A stretch of 64,000 nt of DNA from Escherichia coli (GCF_022846255.1 NZ_AP025682.1); one strand, 5' to 3'; counted from the stretch's first letter, positions 15,702 through 32,313 are shown. Made by a program: numbers and translations. Notes: generated by a model not told the origin, from the letters alone.

Positions 15702-16706
15702 TTAGCTACGGCTGAGCACGCCGCGGCGATAGAGATTACGTTTAATGCGCGTTAAACCAGGTTTTGGCTTACGCGGTTCGTCCAGGCTTGCCAGGACAAT
15801 CTCCAGCACACGCTCTGCGACATCGCGGTGACGTTGAGCCACTGCCAGCACCGGGCACTGTAAGAAGTCGAGCAGTTCGTTATCGCCAAAGGTGGCAATT
15901 GCCAGGTCAGAAGGCAGTTTGCCGTCACGACGTAGCGTGACATCCATCACCCCTTGCAACAACGCAAACGACGTTGTGAACAGTGCCTGCGGCATCGGAT
16001 GCGTTTCCAGCCATTTTTCGAATAACTGGGCAGCCGCCTCCCGCTCATAGCTGTTGGCATAAAGGAAATGCACTTCGCGAGGATCATCTTTCCAGGCAGT
16101 ACGGAAACCTTGTTCACGCAGGAAGCTGACAGAAAGCTCCGGCAGCGCGCCAAGATAAAGTACCGTCTCGGCGGGAAACTTACGTAACTCTTCCGCCAGC
16201 ATTTCGGCATCATCCTGATCGGCACCAACCACGCTGGTGAAGTGTTCACGATCGAGGGCGCGGTCCAGCGCGACAATCGGGAACGGGTCGTTAGCCCAGC
16301 GTTGATAAAAAGGATGCTCAGGTGGCAACGACGTCGAAACAATAATGGCATCAACCTGACGCTGTAAAAGATGCTCGATACAACGCATTTCGTTGTCGGG
16401 CTGATCTTCCGAGCAGGCAATCAGCAGTTGATAACCCCTTTGCCGCGCCTGGCGTTCAAGATAGTTAGCGATGCGGGTATAGCTGGTGTTCTCCAGATCG
16501 GGGATCACAAGACCAATAGAACGTGTGCGTCCAGCACGAAGCCCAGCTGCCACGGCGTTCGGGTGGTAATTGTGCTCACGCACCACAGCCATGACTTTTT
16601 CAACGGTTTTGTCGCTCACACGGTATTGCTTCGCTTTGCCGTTAATAACATAGCTTGCAGTGGTCCGCGACACTCCCGCCAGCCGAGCGATTTCATCCAG
16701 TTTCAC
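15702..16706 (-). CDS. cra: Catabolite repressor/activator Cra (FruR), LacI family
   Basis: Track ORF, 334 aa, [31 protein letters not shown]... Confidence 0.96.
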   Translation of the reverse strand: MKLDEIARLAGVSRTTASYVINGKAKQYRVSDKTVEKVMAVVREHNYHPNAVAAGLRAGRTRSIGLVIPDLENTSYTRIANYLERQARQRGYQLLIACSEDQPDNEMRCIEHLLQRQVDAIIVSTSLPPEHPFYQRWANDPFPIVALDRALDREHFTSVVGADQDDAEMLAEELRKFPAETVLYLGALPELSVSFLREQGFRTAWKDDPREVHFLYANSYEREAAAQLFEKWLETHPMPQALFTTSFALLQGVMDVTLRRDGKLPSDLAIATFGDNELLDFLQCPVLAVAQRHRDVAERVLEIVLASLDEPRKPKPGLTRIKRNLYRRGVLSRS

Positions 16707-16832
16707 AATTGCCCCTTGCGTAAAATGTAAAAACCATAGCCATTGTACTGGTATGGGTTAAATTCATTAACATCTAAGCGCAGAAAATTAACTGCGGCAA
16801 CTGCTTTTATTCCAGGTTCCCACTGATTTCGC

Positions 16833-16860
16833 AAAAAAAGCCCAACGTGACATGTTGGGC
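16833..16860 (-). terminator. Candidate intrinsic terminator downstream of ilvH
   Basis: On the minus strand: GCCCAACATGTCACGTTGGGC hairpin followed by a T7 run, about 30 nt after the ilvH stop. Confidence 0.6.
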
Positions 16861-16885
16861 TGCAAATTGCGCATTGAGATCATTC

Positions 16886-17377
16886 TCAACGCATTATTTT
16901 ATCGCCGCGCGAAAGTCCGACTACACCAGAGCGAGCAACTTCCACAATTTTCGCCACATCGCGAATCGATGCTAAAAATGCATCAAGTTTATCGCTGGTG
17001 CCTGCTAATTGAACGGTATAAAGCGAGGGTGTGACATCGATAATTTGCCCACGGAATATTTCCGTATTACGTTTCACTTCGTCACGCCCGTAGCCGCTGG
17101 CCTGAATTTTCACCAGCATGATTTCCCGCTCAACATGCGCACCCTGCCCCAACTCGCTCACGCGTAATACATCGACCAGCTTGTGTAATTGCTTTTCGAT
17201 CTGCTCAAGCACTTTTTCATCGCCCACGGTCTGGATGGTCATACGCGATAATGTCGGATCGTCGGTTGGCGCAACGGTCAGGCTTTCAATGTTGTAGCCA
17301 CGCTGGGAAAAAAGGCCAATCACGCGGGATAACGCACCTGATTCATTTTCGAGTAAGACTGATAATATCCGGCGCAT
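16886..17377 (-). CDS. ilvH: Acetolactate synthase III small (regulatory) subunit
   Basis: Track ORF 16886..17407 trimmed to [19 protein letters not shown]... (163 aa). Confidence 0.93.
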
Positions 17378-17379
17378 AA

Positions 17380-19104
17380 TCAGGTTCTCTCCGTTTTGCT
17401 TAACCACATTTCATCCATTCCGCCCCCGCGAATCTGCATCGGGTAGACGTGCTCACTGCCATCGACGGTAACATCAACAAACACCAGGCGATTATTGCGC
17501 ACCTGTTCCAGCGCCTCGCTAAGTTTGCTTTCCAGTTCTTGCGGATGAGAGATCTGGATCCCGACGTGACCATAGGCTTCCGCCAGACGGACGAAATCGG
17601 GTAGTGACTGCATATAAGATTGTGAATGACGGCCGGAATAGATCATGTCCTGCCACTGCTTCACCATCCCCAGATAGCGGTTATTGAGATTCACCACCAG
17701 TACCGGCAACTCATATTGCAACGCGGTAGACAGTTCCTGAATGTTCATCTGAATACTGCCGTCGCCAGTGACGCAAACCACGGTTTCTTCTGGCAACGCC
17801 ATTTTGACGCCCAGTGCCGCAGGCAAACCAAAACCCATCGTGCCGAGGCCGCCAGAATTGATCCAGCGACGCGGTTTGTCGAATGGATAATAAAGCGCAG
17901 CAAACATCTGGTGCTGCCCGACATCGGACGTCACGTAAGCGTCTCCCTTCGTCAACCGCCAAAGAGTCTCGATCACCGCCTGCGGTTTAATCTTTTCACT
18001 GTAAGAGTCATATTTCAGGCACTGACGAGCGCGCCACTGTTCAATCTGCTGCCACCAGTCGCGGATCTCATCCAGCGGTTGATGGACGGATTCTTGCGAC
18101 AGGAGTTCAAGCATTTGTTCGAGGACCTGGCGAGCATCCCCCACAATCGGGATATCAGCAGTCACGGTTTTAGAAATGGAAGTAGGATCAATATCGATAT
18201 GCAGAACCGTGGCATTTGGGCAGTACTTCGCCAGATTGTTCGTCGTTCGGTCATCAAAACGTACCCCGACGGCGAAAATCACATCCGCGTTATGCATCGT
18301 CATATTGGCTTCGTAGGTACCGTGCATTCCCAACATGCCCAGTGCCTGACGATGCGTTGCCGGAAACGCCCCCAGCCCCATTAATGAGGAAACAACGGGC
18401 AGATTCAACGCCTCCACCGTTTCTTTTAGCTGCTGATGACAGCCCGCCGTGATTGCCCCACCGCCTACATAGACAACCGGTTTTTTTGCCGCCACCAGCG
18501 TTTGCAGAGCGCGCTTAATTTGCCCTTTATGCCCGGAGGTCGTGGGATTGTAAGATCGCATACTGACCGACTCCGGCCAGACGTAGGGTAATTTGTTCGC
18601 CGGATTAAGAATATCTTTCGGTAAATCAACGACCACGGGCCCAGGGCGACCACTTGCCGCCAGCCAGAAAGCCTTTTTCAGCACCTGCGGAATGTCTTCC
18701 GTTTGCTTAACCAGAAAACTGTGTTTAACCACCGGGCGAGAAATCCCCACCATGTCGCACTCCTGAAAGGCATCGTAGCCTATCAACGAGGTCGCTACCT
18801 GCCCGGAAAGGACAACTAATGGAATGGAATCCATATAAGCGGTGGCAATGCCAGTAATCGCATTGGTCGCCCCTGGACCCGACGTTACCAGCACGACGCC
18901 GACTTCCCCGGTCGCGCGCGCCAGACCATCGGCCATATGCACCGCCGCCTGCTCATGACGAACTAAAACATGATCGATACCACCCACGGTATGCAATGCA
19001 TCGTAAATATCAAGGACCGCGCCTCCAGGATAACCGAATACTTGTTTAACGCCCTGATCGATAAGCGATCGGACGACCATCTCGGCTCCAGACAACATCT
19101 CCAT
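17380..19104 (-). CDS. ilvI: Acetolactate synthase III large subunit
   Basis: Track ORF 17380..19194 trimmed to [28 protein letters not shown]... (574 aa); TPP-enzyme motifs. Confidence 0.93.
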   Translation of the reverse strand: MEMLSGAEMVVRSLIDQGVKQVFGYPGGAVLDIYDALHTVGGIDHVLVRHEQAAVHMADGLARATGEVGVVLVTSGPGATNAITGIATAYMDSIPLVVLSGQVATSLIGYDAFQECDMVGISRPVVKHSFLVKQTEDIPQVLKKAFWLAASGRPGPVVVDLPKDILNPANKLPYVWPESVSMRSYNPTTSGHKGQIKRALQTLVAAKKPVVYVGGGAITAGCHQQLKETVEALNLPVVSSLMGLGAFPATHRQALGMLGMHGTYEANMTMHNADVIFAVGVRFDDRTTNNLAKYCPNATVLHIDIDPTSISKTVTADIPIVGDARQVLEQMLELLSQESVHQPLDEIRDWWQQIEQWRARQCLKYDSYSEKIKPQAVIETLWRLTKGDAYVTSDVGQHQMFAALYYPFDKPRRWINSGGLGTMGFGLPAALGVKMALPEETVVCVTGDGSIQMNIQELSTALQYELPVLVVNLNNRYLGMVKQWQDMIYSGRHSQSYMQSLPDFVRLAEAYGHVGIQISHPQELESKLSEALEQVRNNRLVFVDVTVDGSEHVYPMQIRGGGMDEMWLSKTERT

Positions 19105-19421
19105 GGCCTGCCTCACTGTTTGACGGAAAAAATGTGTAAAACACATTAACCGTCCGATCTTGCTTAAGCAATTGGCAGACAGAGACATAAACACGGGGTA
19201 ATAAGAATAAACAGGAGGAAAGGTGAAAAGAAACGATAAAATCCTCCATTACAGAGGATGAAATTGATAATAAATCGGCTGAATCCTACAACTTACAGCA
19301 ATTTCTCTATTTTTTTAATTAATCCTAAAATAGAGAGCACAAACATTCAGAATAAAATTCTACATTCAATAAAAAATGCAGAATAAACCAGACATTGATG
19401 TCTGACCTATTCTGCATTCAG

Positions 19422-20366
19422 TTAGCGTTTGCAAATTGAGACTAATTGCTCTTCCATCCACTGATGGCCTTTATCACGCCCGGCAGCTTCATGCCAGGAG
19501 AGATAACAGGTTCTGCTGTTTTGTTTTAACGGCAGCGGTAATACCTGTAACTCTAAGGATTCAGCGAATTCTTCAGCCAACCAACGCGGCGCAATAGCGA
19601 CCAGATGCGTTTGCGACACCACGCTAAGTACGCTCATCATTGCCATGCCCTGATACGCGATACTGGCTTGCTTATCTACCGTGTCATACCAGGTTTGACT
19701 AAATGATGCGAAACGATCGAGCGAAACCGCAGCGTGTTGTTCGTTATAAACATCATGCTTCAGTAACGGGCCTTTAATTGTTGGATGATTTTTGCTGGCT
19801 ACCAACACCATTTCATCTTTAAATAATGGCACACTGGTAAATTCAGGGCGATGGAAGTCTTCATAACTAATCACAAACTCCGTTTCCTGATAACGCAGCT
19901 GATGTTCAGTGTTCTGATTTAATGAAGACTTGAACATAACATGTATATTTGGCGCAATCTGCTCAATGTGATTATAAATCTGCGAGGTCAGAATGCTGTC
20001 TAACGGGCTGCAAACACAAAGATGAAATACACGTTCACTGCTCGCGGGTTCAAAACCTGAACCAGGCAATTCATTTTGTACTAGTTGCAATGCCTGACGA
20101 ACTGAGCCAAAAAGTTGAAATGCGCGAGCAGTCGGTTGAATACCACGGCCATAACGAACAAAAAGCTCGTCATTAAACATCACCTTCAGGCGTGCAACAG
20201 CGTTACTGACCGCAGGTTGCGACATTCCCAGAGCATGAGCGGCACGGGTGATGTTTTGCTCCTGCATCACGGCATCGAAAACGGTTAATAAGTTGAGATC
20301 GACCATGCGTAGCTGTGGCTTGCTTAACTCCGCCGTCTCTGGATGATCTGTTTGTACCTCTGGCAT
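19422..20366 (-). CDS. leuO: LysR-family transcriptional regulator LeuO
   Basis: Track ORF 19422..20450 trimmed to [33 protein letters not shown]... (314 aa). Confidence 0.92.
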   Translation of the reverse strand: MPEVQTDHPETAELSKPQLRMVDLNLLTVFDAVMQEQNITRAAHALGMSQPAVSNAVARLKVMFNDELFVRYGRGIQPTARAFQLFGSVRQALQLVQNELPGSGFEPASSERVFHLCVCSPLDSILTSQIYNHIEQIAPNIHVMFKSSLNQNTEHQLRYQETEFVISYEDFHRPEFTSVPLFKDEMVLVASKNHPTIKGPLLKHDVYNEQHAAVSLDRFASFSQTWYDTVDKQASIAYQGMAMMSVLSVVSQTHLVAIAPRWLAEEFAESLELQVLPLPLKQNSRTCYLSWHEAAGRDKGHQWMEEQLVSICKR

Positions 20367-21023
20367 ACTTAACTCCACTGTCACACTTAACTCCCTTTCC
20401 CTTATTGGAATGCAGAGAAATAATCCTCGAGAATATGATTTATCATGCATATAAAATAAGAAAAAGCAAAATGAGTAAAATTAGGAAAACATAAAGATAC
20501 AGGTTCTGATAAAAACAGAATCCACTGCCGAGCAAAGAGTTATTTACTACAGCATAATAATCCATAATGTTTTTGTTGCGAAAACAATCTAATCATAACT
20601 ACCACGAATACTCAATCATCCACAAAATGGATTAAATGTGCTTTTTAATAATTAATTTATATGTTTAATGCATTAATTCTTAACATTAATTGATCAATAA
20701 TATTCAGCAAATGAATATCAAAAAATTCGCAAAACATATAATTCAATACAAATCATCAAGATAGGTTTTGCAACGCGTGCATTTTATCCCCCTTTCCCTC
20801 GTTGATTAGATGCAAAAAATTATTCTGAAATATGTCAACCGATGAAAAGCATCGGCGGTTAAGCAGAAATTAATATCGCTTGTTTTAACCACCGCAGCAC
20901 AATTAGCTAATTTTACGGATGCCGAACTCACAATGGCGTGACGTTTTTATTGCTTCAGGGTTGACATCCGTTTTTGTATCCAGTAACTCTAAAAGCATAT
21001 CGCATTCATCTGGAGCTGATTTA

Positions 21024-21110
21024 ATGACTCACATCGTTCGCTTTATCGGTCTACTACTACTAAACGCATCTTCTTTGCGCGGTAGACGAGTGAGCGGCAT
21101 CCAGCATTAA
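21024..21110 (+). CDS. leuL: leu operon leader peptide (28 aa, four consecutive Leu codons)
   Basis: [28 protein letters not shown] is embedded at the end of track ORF 20919..21110; sits immediately upstream of the attenuator hairpin and leuA. Confidence 0.9.
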
Positions 21111-21130
21111 GCCAGCACGCAGTCAAACAA

Positions 21131-21159
21131 AAACCCGCGCCATTGCGCGGGTTTTTTTA
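21131..21159 (+). terminator. leu attenuator, rho-independent terminator
   Basis: AAACCCGCGCcattgCGCGGGTTT followed by a T-run, between leuL stop and leuA start. Confidence 0.85.
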
Positions 21160-21201
21160 TGCCCGAAGCGAGGCGCTCAAAAAGAGACAAGGACCCAAAC
21201 C

Positions 21202-23864
<2,663 letters not shown>

Positions 23865-23866
23865 TC

Positions 23867-25883
<2,017 letters not shown>

Positions 25884-25912
25884 TTTGTACACCGTCCGGC
25901 ACTCAATCGCCA

Positions 25913-26143
25913 AAAAGAAAAAAGCCAGCAGATAATCACTGCTGGCGTGGCGATTAACACCAATACTCAGTCACACATGATGTCCGCAAATCAGTAGTCA
26001 GAATGACTCCCCTCCCACTGCATCAGTTCTTCAAGCATGGTTAATCGTTGTGGGACGCTTAACCAACGCAACCAGCACAACTTCGCTATCGCGGTAAAAT
26101 AGTGCTGATAAAACTGACGCATGGGGCACCTCCTTGCTTCATC
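25913..26143 (-). ncRNA. sgrS: SgrS small RNA (glucose-phosphate stress); contains the sgrT ORF and a 3' hairpin plus U-tract terminator
   Basis: Minus strand begins GATGAAGCAAGG...; 3' region carries the GUGUGACUGAGUAUUGGUGU pairing segment and ends in GCCAGCAG...CUGCUGGC hairpin plus U-run; divergent from sgrR. Confidence 0.85.
25991..26122 (-). CDS. sgrT: SgrT small protein (43 aa) encoded within SgrS
   Basis: MRQFYQHYFTAIAKLCWLRWLSVPQRLTMLEELMQWEGSHSDY is the C-terminal part of track ORF 25991..26242; located inside the sgrS 5' region. Confidence 0.8.
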   Translation of the reverse strand: MRQFYQHYFTAIAKLCWLRWLSVPQRLTMLEELMQWEGSHSDY

Positions 26144-26210
26144 GTTAGGAATTATTGACTTAATATAGGGAAAATAAAATTGCTGTCTTTTGCGCAGGAG
26201 TTCCCCTTTT

Positions 26211-27866
26211 ATGCCATCTGCTCGTCTGCAACAACAGTTCATCCGCCTGTGGCAATGCTGCGAGGGTAAATCTCAGGAGACCACGCTCAACGAACTGGCA
26301 GCGTTACTGAGTTGCTCGCGTCGTCATATGCGCACCCTGCTCAACACCATGCAGGATCGCGGCTGGCTGACGTGGGAAGCGGAAGTCGGGCGCGGTAAAC
26401 GTTCACGCCTGACATTCCTCTATACCGGGCTGGCGCTTCAGCAACAGCGGGCGGAAGACCTGCTGGAGCAGGATCGTATCGACCAACTAGTGCAGTTGGT
26501 TGGCGACAAAGCGACTGTGCGGCAAATGCTGGTTTCTCATCTGGGCCGCAGCTTCCGCCAGGGGCGGCACATCCTGCGCGTGCTCTACTATCGTCCGTTG
26601 CGTAATCTGCTACCTGGCAGCGCATTGCGCCGTTCTGAAACCCATATCGCCCGGCAAATCTTCAGTTCGCTAACGCGCATAAATGAGGAAAATGGGGAAC
26701 TGGAAGCAGACATCGCACACCACTGGCAGCAAATATCACCGCTTCACTGGCGTTTCTTTTTGCGTCCAGGAGTCCATTTTCACCATGGTCGTGAACTGGA
26801 AATGGACGATGTGATCGCCTCTTTAAAACGAATCAATACGCTTCCGCTCTATTCGCATATTGCTAACATTGTGTCGCCGACGCCCTGGACGCTGGATATC
26901 CATCTCACGCAACCGGACCGCTGGTTGCCGTTACTGCTGGGGCAAGTTCCGGCAATGATCCTGCCGCGCGAATGGGAAACCCTCAGTAACTTTGCCAGCC
27001 ATCCCATCGGCACCGGTCCGTATGCGGTGATCCGCAACAGCACCAATCAACTGAAAATTCAGGCATTCGATGACTTCTTCGGTTACCGGGCATTAATCGA
27101 CGAAGTTAACGTCTGGGTTCTGCCGGAAATTGCCGACGAGCCAGCCGGAGGGCTGATGCTAAAAGGTCCACAGGGCGAGGAAAAAGAGATTGAAAGCCGC
27201 CTGGAGGAAGGTTGCTACTATTTACTGTTCGACAGCCGCACCCATCGAGGGGCGAATCAGCAAGTCAGAGACTGGGTAAGCTATGTGCTTTCTCCGACGA
27301 ATCTGGTCTATTTCGCTGAGGAACAGTACCAGCAACTGTGGTTCCCGGCTTATGGACTGCTCCCCCGTTGGCACCATGCCCGCACCATAAAGAGCGAAAA
27401 ACCGGCTGGTCTGGAAAGCCTCACCCTGACCTTTTATCAGGATCACAGCGAGCATCGGGTGATTGCCGGGATCATGCAGCAGATTCTGGCAAGTCACCAG
27501 GTCACGCTGGAAATCAAAGAGATCAGCTACGATCAGTGGCATGAAGGAGAGATCGAGAGCGATATCTGGCTTAACAGCGCCAACTTTACGCTGCCGCTGG
27601 ATTTTTCGCTGTTCGCGCACTTGTGCGAGGTGCCGCTGCTCCAACACTGTATTCCGATCGACTGGCAAGCCGACGCCGCCCGCTGGCGCAATGGCGAAAT
27701 GAACCTGGCGAACTGGTGCCAGCAACTGGTCGCCAGCAAAGCAATGGTGCCACTTATCCACCACTGGCTGATCATTCAGGGGCAACGTAGTATGCGCGGC
27801 CTGCGCATGAACACCCTCGGCTGGTTCGATTTTAAATCAGCGTGGTTTGCACCACCGGATCCATGA
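26211..27866 (+). CDS. sgrR: Transcriptional regulator SgrR
   Basis: Track ORF 26190..27866 trimmed to [22 protein letters not shown]... (551 aa). Confidence 0.93.
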
Positions 27867-27894
27867 TTGCTGGTTGATAACAAAATCACTACAC

Positions 27895-28005
27895 TAACGC
27901 CGTTCTCAACGGGGTGCCACGCAGCCGCGTGCGCTGAGAAAATACCCGTCGAACCTGATCCGGATAACGCCGGCGAAGGGATTTGAGGCTCCTTCTCAAG
28001 TCCTT
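27895..28005 (+). promoter_or_regulatory. TPP (thi-box) riboswitch in the thiBPQ leader (corresponds to SroA)
   Basis: CUGAGA ... ACCUGAUCCGGAUAACGCCGGCGAAGGGA thi-box elements read directly, immediately upstream of thiB. Confidence 0.85.
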
Positions 28006-28029
28006 TGCCACTCTTTTGTGAGGTGCAAA

Positions 28030-29013
28030 GTGTTAAAAAAATGTCTTCCCCTGCTGTTGCTGTGCACAGCGCCTGTTTTCGCTAAACCTGTTCTGACTGT
28101 TTATACCTACGATTCCTTTGCCGCTGACTGGGGACCTGGTCCGGTAGTCAAAAAAGCCTTTGAAGCAGACTGTAATTGCGAACTGAAACTGGTGGCGCTG
28201 GAAGATGGCGTTTCGCTTCTCAACCGTCTGCGGATGGAAGGCAAAAACAGTAAAGCCGATGTGGTGCTGGGGCTGGATAACAATCTGTTAGACGCCGCCA
28301 GCAAAACAGGGCTGTTTGCTAAAAGCGGTGTGGCAGCGGAAGCCGTTAACGTTCCTGGCGGCTGGAATAATGACACTTTCGTACCGTATGATTACGGCTA
28401 TTTCGCCTTCGTCTATGACAAGAACAAACTGAAAAATCCGCCGCAAAGCCTGAAAGAACTGGTTGAGAGCGATCAAAACTGGCGGGTGATTTATGAAGAT
28501 CCACGTACCAGTACACCGGGGCTGGGTCTGTTGCTATGGATGCAAAAAGTCTATGGCGATAACGCCCCGCAAGCCTGGCAGAAACTGGCGAAGAAAACTG
28601 TCACGGTCACCAAAGGCTGGAGCGAAGCCTACGGCCTGTTTTTAAAAGGCGAAAGCGATCTGGTACTGAGTTACACCACCTCTCCGGCTTATCACATTCT
28701 CGAAGAGAAGAAAGATAACTACGCCGCCACAAACTTTATCGAAGGTCACTATCTGCAGGTGGAAGTTGCCGCCCGCACCGCTGCCAGCAAGCAGCCAGAG
28801 CTGGCGCAAAAATTCCTCCAGTTTATGGTTTCTCCGGCTTTTCAGAATGCGATCCCAACCGGCAACTGGATGTATCCGGTAGCAAACGTCACTCTGCCTG
28901 CAGGATTTGAACAATTGACCAAACCAGCCACCACACTAGAGTTCACACCCGCCGAAGTGGCGGCACAACGTCAGGCATGGATTAGCGAATGGCAACGCGC
29001 CGTCAGCCGTTAA
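28030..29013 (+). CDS. thiB: Thiamine ABC transporter periplasmic binding protein
   Basis: Track ORF 28018..29013; trimmed to in-frame GTG giving MLKKCLPLLLLCTAPVFA... (327 aa, signal peptide); GAGG about 7 nt upstream. Confidence 0.9.
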   Translation: MLKKCLPLLLLCTAPVFAKPVLTVYTYDSFAADWGPGPVVKKAFEADCNCELKLVALEDGVSLLNRLRMEGKNSKADVVLGLDNNLLDAASKTGLFAKSGVAAEAVNVPGGWNNDTFVPYDYGYFAFVYDKNKLKNPPQSLKELVESDQNWRVIYEDPRTSTPGLGLLLWMQKVYGDNAPQAWQKLAKKTVTVTKGWSEAYGLFLKGESDLVLSYTTSPAYHILEEKKDNYAATNFIEGHYLQVEVAARTAASKQPELAQKFLQFMVSPAFQNAIPTGNWMYPVANVTLPAGFEQLTKPATTLEFTPAEVAAQRQAWISEWQRAVSR

Positions 29014-30599
29014 TTCCCGGCTGGTTAATTCCAGGCGTAAGCGCCGCCACGCTGGTGGTAGCGGTTGCACTGGCGGCGTTTCTCGCCCTGTGGTGGAACG
29101 CGCCGCAGGGTGACTGGGTGTCAGTCTGGCAGGACAGCTACCTGTGGCATGTGGTGCGCTTCTCCTTCTGGCAGGCGTTTCTCTCGGCGCTGCTCTCTGT
29201 CGTACCCGCAATATTCCTCGCCCGCGCCCTCTATCGCAGGCGCTTTCCTGGGCGACAGATGCTGTTGCGTCTGTGCGCAATGACCTTGATCCTCCCGGTG
29301 CTGGTTGCCGTTTTCGGCATTCTTAGCGTCTATGGTCGCCAGGGCTGGCTGGCCTCGCTCTGGCAATCACTTGGTCTGGAGTGGACCTTTTCGCCCTACG
29401 GCCTGCAAGGCATTTTGCTGGCCCATGTGTTTTTTAATCTGCCGATGGCTAGCCGTTTATTACTCCAGGCACTGGAAAACATTCCCGGCGAACAACGTCA
29501 GCTTGCCGCCCAGCTTGGGATGCGCGGCTGTCACTTCTTCCGCTTCGTCGAATGGCCGTGGTTACGGCGACAAATCCCGCCGGTTGCCGCACTAATCTTT
29601 ATGCTCTGTTTCGCCAGCTTCGCCACCGTGCTATCGCTGGGCGGCGGTCCGCAGGCGACCACTATCGAGCTGGCAATCTATCAGGCGCTGAGTTACGACT
29701 ACGATCCTGCCCGCGCGGCAATGCTGGCGCTGATCCAGATGGTGTGCTGCCTCGGGCTGGTGCTGTTGAGTCAGCGATTGAGTAAGGCCATTGCGCCTGG
29801 TACCACACTGCTGCAAGGCTGGCGCGACCCGGACGATCGTCTGCATAGTCGCATTTGCGACACGGCGTTAATTGTGCTGGCGCTGCTGCTGTTGCTGCCA
29901 CCGTTACTGGCGGTGATCGTCGATGGGGTAAATCGCCAGTTGCCGGAAGTGCTGGCACAACCGGTGCTGTGGCAGGCGCTGTGGACCTCGTTGCGTATTG
30001 CGCTGGCGGCAGGCGTATTGTGCGTAGTGCTGACCATGATGCTGCTATGGAGCAGTCGCGAACTTCGGGCGCGGCAGAAAATGCTGGCGGGTCAGGCGCT
30101 GGAGATGAGCGGCATGTTGATCCTCGCCATGCCGGGGATTGTGCTGGCTACGGGCTTCTTTTTACTGCTCAACAACACTATCGGCCTGCCACAATCTGCT
30201 GACGGCATTGTGATTTTCACCAATGCGTTAATGGCAATCCCTTATGCGCTGAAAGTGCTGGAAAACCCGATGCGCGATATCACCGCCCGCTACAGCATGT
30301 TGTGTCAGTCGCTGGGCATTGAAGGCTGGTCACGCTTAAAAGTGGTGGAGCTGCGCGCCCTGAAACGTCCACTGGCGCAGGCGCTGGCCTTTGCTTGTGT
30401 GCTGTCGATTGGTGATTTTGGCGTGGTGGCATTGTTCGGTAACGATGATTTCCGTACCCTGCCGTTTTATCTCTACCAGCAAATTGGCTCCTATCGCAGC
30501 CAGGACGGCGCGGTCACCGCGTTAATTCTGCTGCTGCTCTGTTTTCTGCTGTTTACCGTGATTGAAAATATACCGGGGCGAAATGTTAAAACTGACTGA
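28989..30599 (+). CDS. thiP: Thiamine ABC transporter permease
   Basis: Track ORF, 536 aa, multi-pass membrane protein; 25-nt overlap with thiB. Confidence 0.95.
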   Translation: MATRRQPLIPGWLIPGVSAATLVVAVALAAFLALWWNAPQGDWVSVWQDSYLWHVVRFSFWQAFLSALLSVVPAIFLARALYRRRFPGRQMLLRLCAMTLILPVLVAVFGILSVYGRQGWLASLWQSLGLEWTFSPYGLQGILLAHVFFNLPMASRLLLQALENIPGEQRQLAAQLGMRGCHFFRFVEWPWLRRQIPPVAALIFMLCFASFATVLSLGGGPQATTIELAIYQALSYDYDPARAAMLALIQMVCCLGLVLLSQRLSKAIAPGTTLLQGWRDPDDRLHSRICDTALIVLALLLLLPPLLAVIVDGVNRQLPEVLAQPVLWQALWTSLRIALAAGVLCVVLTMMLLWSSRELRARQKMLAGQALEMSGMLILAMPGIVLATGFFLLLNNTIGLPQSADGIVIFTNALMAIPYALKVLENPMRDITARYSMLCQSLGIEGWSRLKVVELRALKRPLAQALAFACVLSIGDFGVVALFGNDDFRTLPFYLYQQIGSYRSQDGAVTALILLLLCFLLFTVIENIPGRNVKTD

Positions 30600-31281
30600 T
30601 ATCACCTGGCTTTACCACCATTTGCCGATGCGTTTTAGCTTAACGGTGGAACGCGGCGAGCAGGTGGCGATCCTCGGGCCAAGCGGCGCGGGTAAAAGTA
30701 CCCTGCTGAATTTGATCGCCGGTTTTCTGACGCCAGCCAGCGGTTCGCTGACTATCGACGGCGTTGATCACACCACGACGCCGCCGTCACTCCGTCCGGT
30801 GTCGATGCTGTTTCAGGAGAACAACCTGTTCAGCCACCTGACGGTCGCGCAGAACATCGGGCTGGGGCTAAATCCGGGGTTGAAACTAAATGCGGCGCAG
30901 CAGAAGAAAATGCACGCGATTGCCCACCAGATGGGGATTGATAATTTAATGGCGCGGTTACCTGGCGAGCTTTCCGGCGGTCAGCGACAGCGCGTGGCGT
31001 TGGCGCGTTGTCTGGTACGCGAACAGCCCATTTTATTGCTCGATGAACCGTTTTCCGCGCTCGATCCGGCGCTACGTCAGGAGATGCTGACGCTAGTGAG
31101 CACGAGCTGCCAACAGCAAAAAATGACGCTCTTGATGGTGTCGCACAGTGTGGAAGATGCGGCGCGGATCGCCACGCGCTCGGTGGTGGTCGCCGACGGG
31201 CGTATCGCCTGGCAGGGTAAGACCGATGAGTTGTTGAGCGGTAAGGCGAGTGCTTCGGCGCTGTTGGGAATTAAAGGTTAA
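30583..31281 (+). CDS. thiQ: Thiamine ABC transporter ATPase
   Basis: Track ORF 30562..31281 trimmed to [20 protein letters not shown]... (232 aa); Walker [13 protein letters not shown] signature LSGGQ. Confidence 0.93.
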   Translation: MLKLTDITWLYHHLPMRFSLTVERGEQVAILGPSGAGKSTLLNLIAGFLTPASGSLTIDGVDHTTTPPSLRPVSMLFQENNLFSHLTVAQNIGLGLNPGLKLNAAQQKKMHAIAHQMGIDNLMARLPGELSGGQRQRVALARCLVREQPILLLDEPFSALDPALRQEMLTLVSTSCQQQKMTLLMVSHSVEDAARIATRSVVVADGRIAWQGKTDELLSGKASASALLGIKG

Positions 31282-31288
31282 TATGCAC

Positions 31289-31385
<97 letters not shown>

Positions 31386-31394
31386 GGCTATCCC

Positions 31395-32159
31395 CTAAAC
31401 CCCAACCACTTTACGCAAAATATCGATATACACCGGCATCAACGGGTGGCGAATTAACACCACCAGCGCCACCACGCCGATGGCAGAAATCAACGGCGTC
31501 AGCCACAACAAACGACCGCGGGACAAATAATGACTCAAACGGTCAGTCGCTTTACCGCTGCGCCATAACCGCCAGCACAGCCAGCCTCCAACCCACAAAA
31601 ACACCGCTGTTGCCAGCAGCAACCATTTAAACTCACCGCTCTGCATCCCGGCAGGAATATCGATCGCCGCACCCGCCAGAATCCCCGGCAGGAAGTAAAA
31701 CGGTGGCCACAGCAAGCAGCCGATAATATTCGGCGTAATAAATTTTGCCACCGGGAGATCCAGCATTCCCGCCACCATTGGCACCAGCGGACGCGTCGGG
31801 CCGACAAAACGACCGACCAGAATGGTGAACATGCTGTGCTGATGCAGCGCATGTTCGGTTTTATCGAGTAATGCTTTGTTCTTCTTCAGAAATGACCAGC
31901 GATGCAACGGCTTTTTAAAACGCCAGCCCAGCCAGAAGGAGATCCAGTCGCCCAGCAGGCAGCCAATAATCCCCGCCAGCCAGGCGTACCAGAAACTTAA
32001 CTCACCGCTGCCAATCAGTGCTCCCAGCCCCGCCATCAGCACCGTACCGGGTAGAATCAAACCGACCAGCGCCAGCGACTCCAGAAAGGCCACCAATAAC
32101 ACCGCCATCAATGAATACACGGTAGATTGGGTAATAAAGTGTTCCAGCAATGCTTGCAT
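31395..32159 (-). CDS. yabI: DedA-family inner membrane protein YabI
   Basis: Track ORF, 254 aa, MQALLEHFITQSTVYSLMAVLLVAFLESL... Confidence 0.95.
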   Translation of the reverse strand: MQALLEHFITQSTVYSLMAVLLVAFLESLALVGLILPGTVLMAGLGALIGSGELSFWYAWLAGIIGCLLGDWISFWLGWRFKKPLHRWSFLKKNKALLDKTEHALHQHSMFTILVGRFVGPTRPLVPMVAGMLDLPVAKFITPNIIGCLLWPPFYFLPGILAGAAIDIPAGMQSGEFKWLLLATAVFLWVGGWLCWRLWRSGKATDRLSHYLSRGRLLWLTPLISAIGVVALVVLIRHPLMPVYIDILRKVVGV

Positions 32160-32244
32160 AATGTGCCTGTCAAATGGACGAAGCAGGGATTCTGCAAACC
32201 CTATGCTACTCCGTCAAGCCGTCAATTATCTGATTCGTTACCAA

Positions 32245-32292
32245 TTATGACAACTTGACGGCTACATCATTCACTTTTTCTTCACAACCGGC
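32245..32292 (-). pseudogene. Displaced araC 3' remnant (last 15 codons plus stop: AGCEEKVNDVAVKLS*)
   Basis: Minus strand reads GCCGGTTGTGAAGAAAAAGTGAATGATGTAGCCGTCAAGTTGTCATAA, the canonical AraC C-terminus, about 1.8 kb away from the intact araC body. Confidence 0.85.
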
Positions 32293-32313
32293 ACAAAAGA
32301 CACCCTCTGCCTA

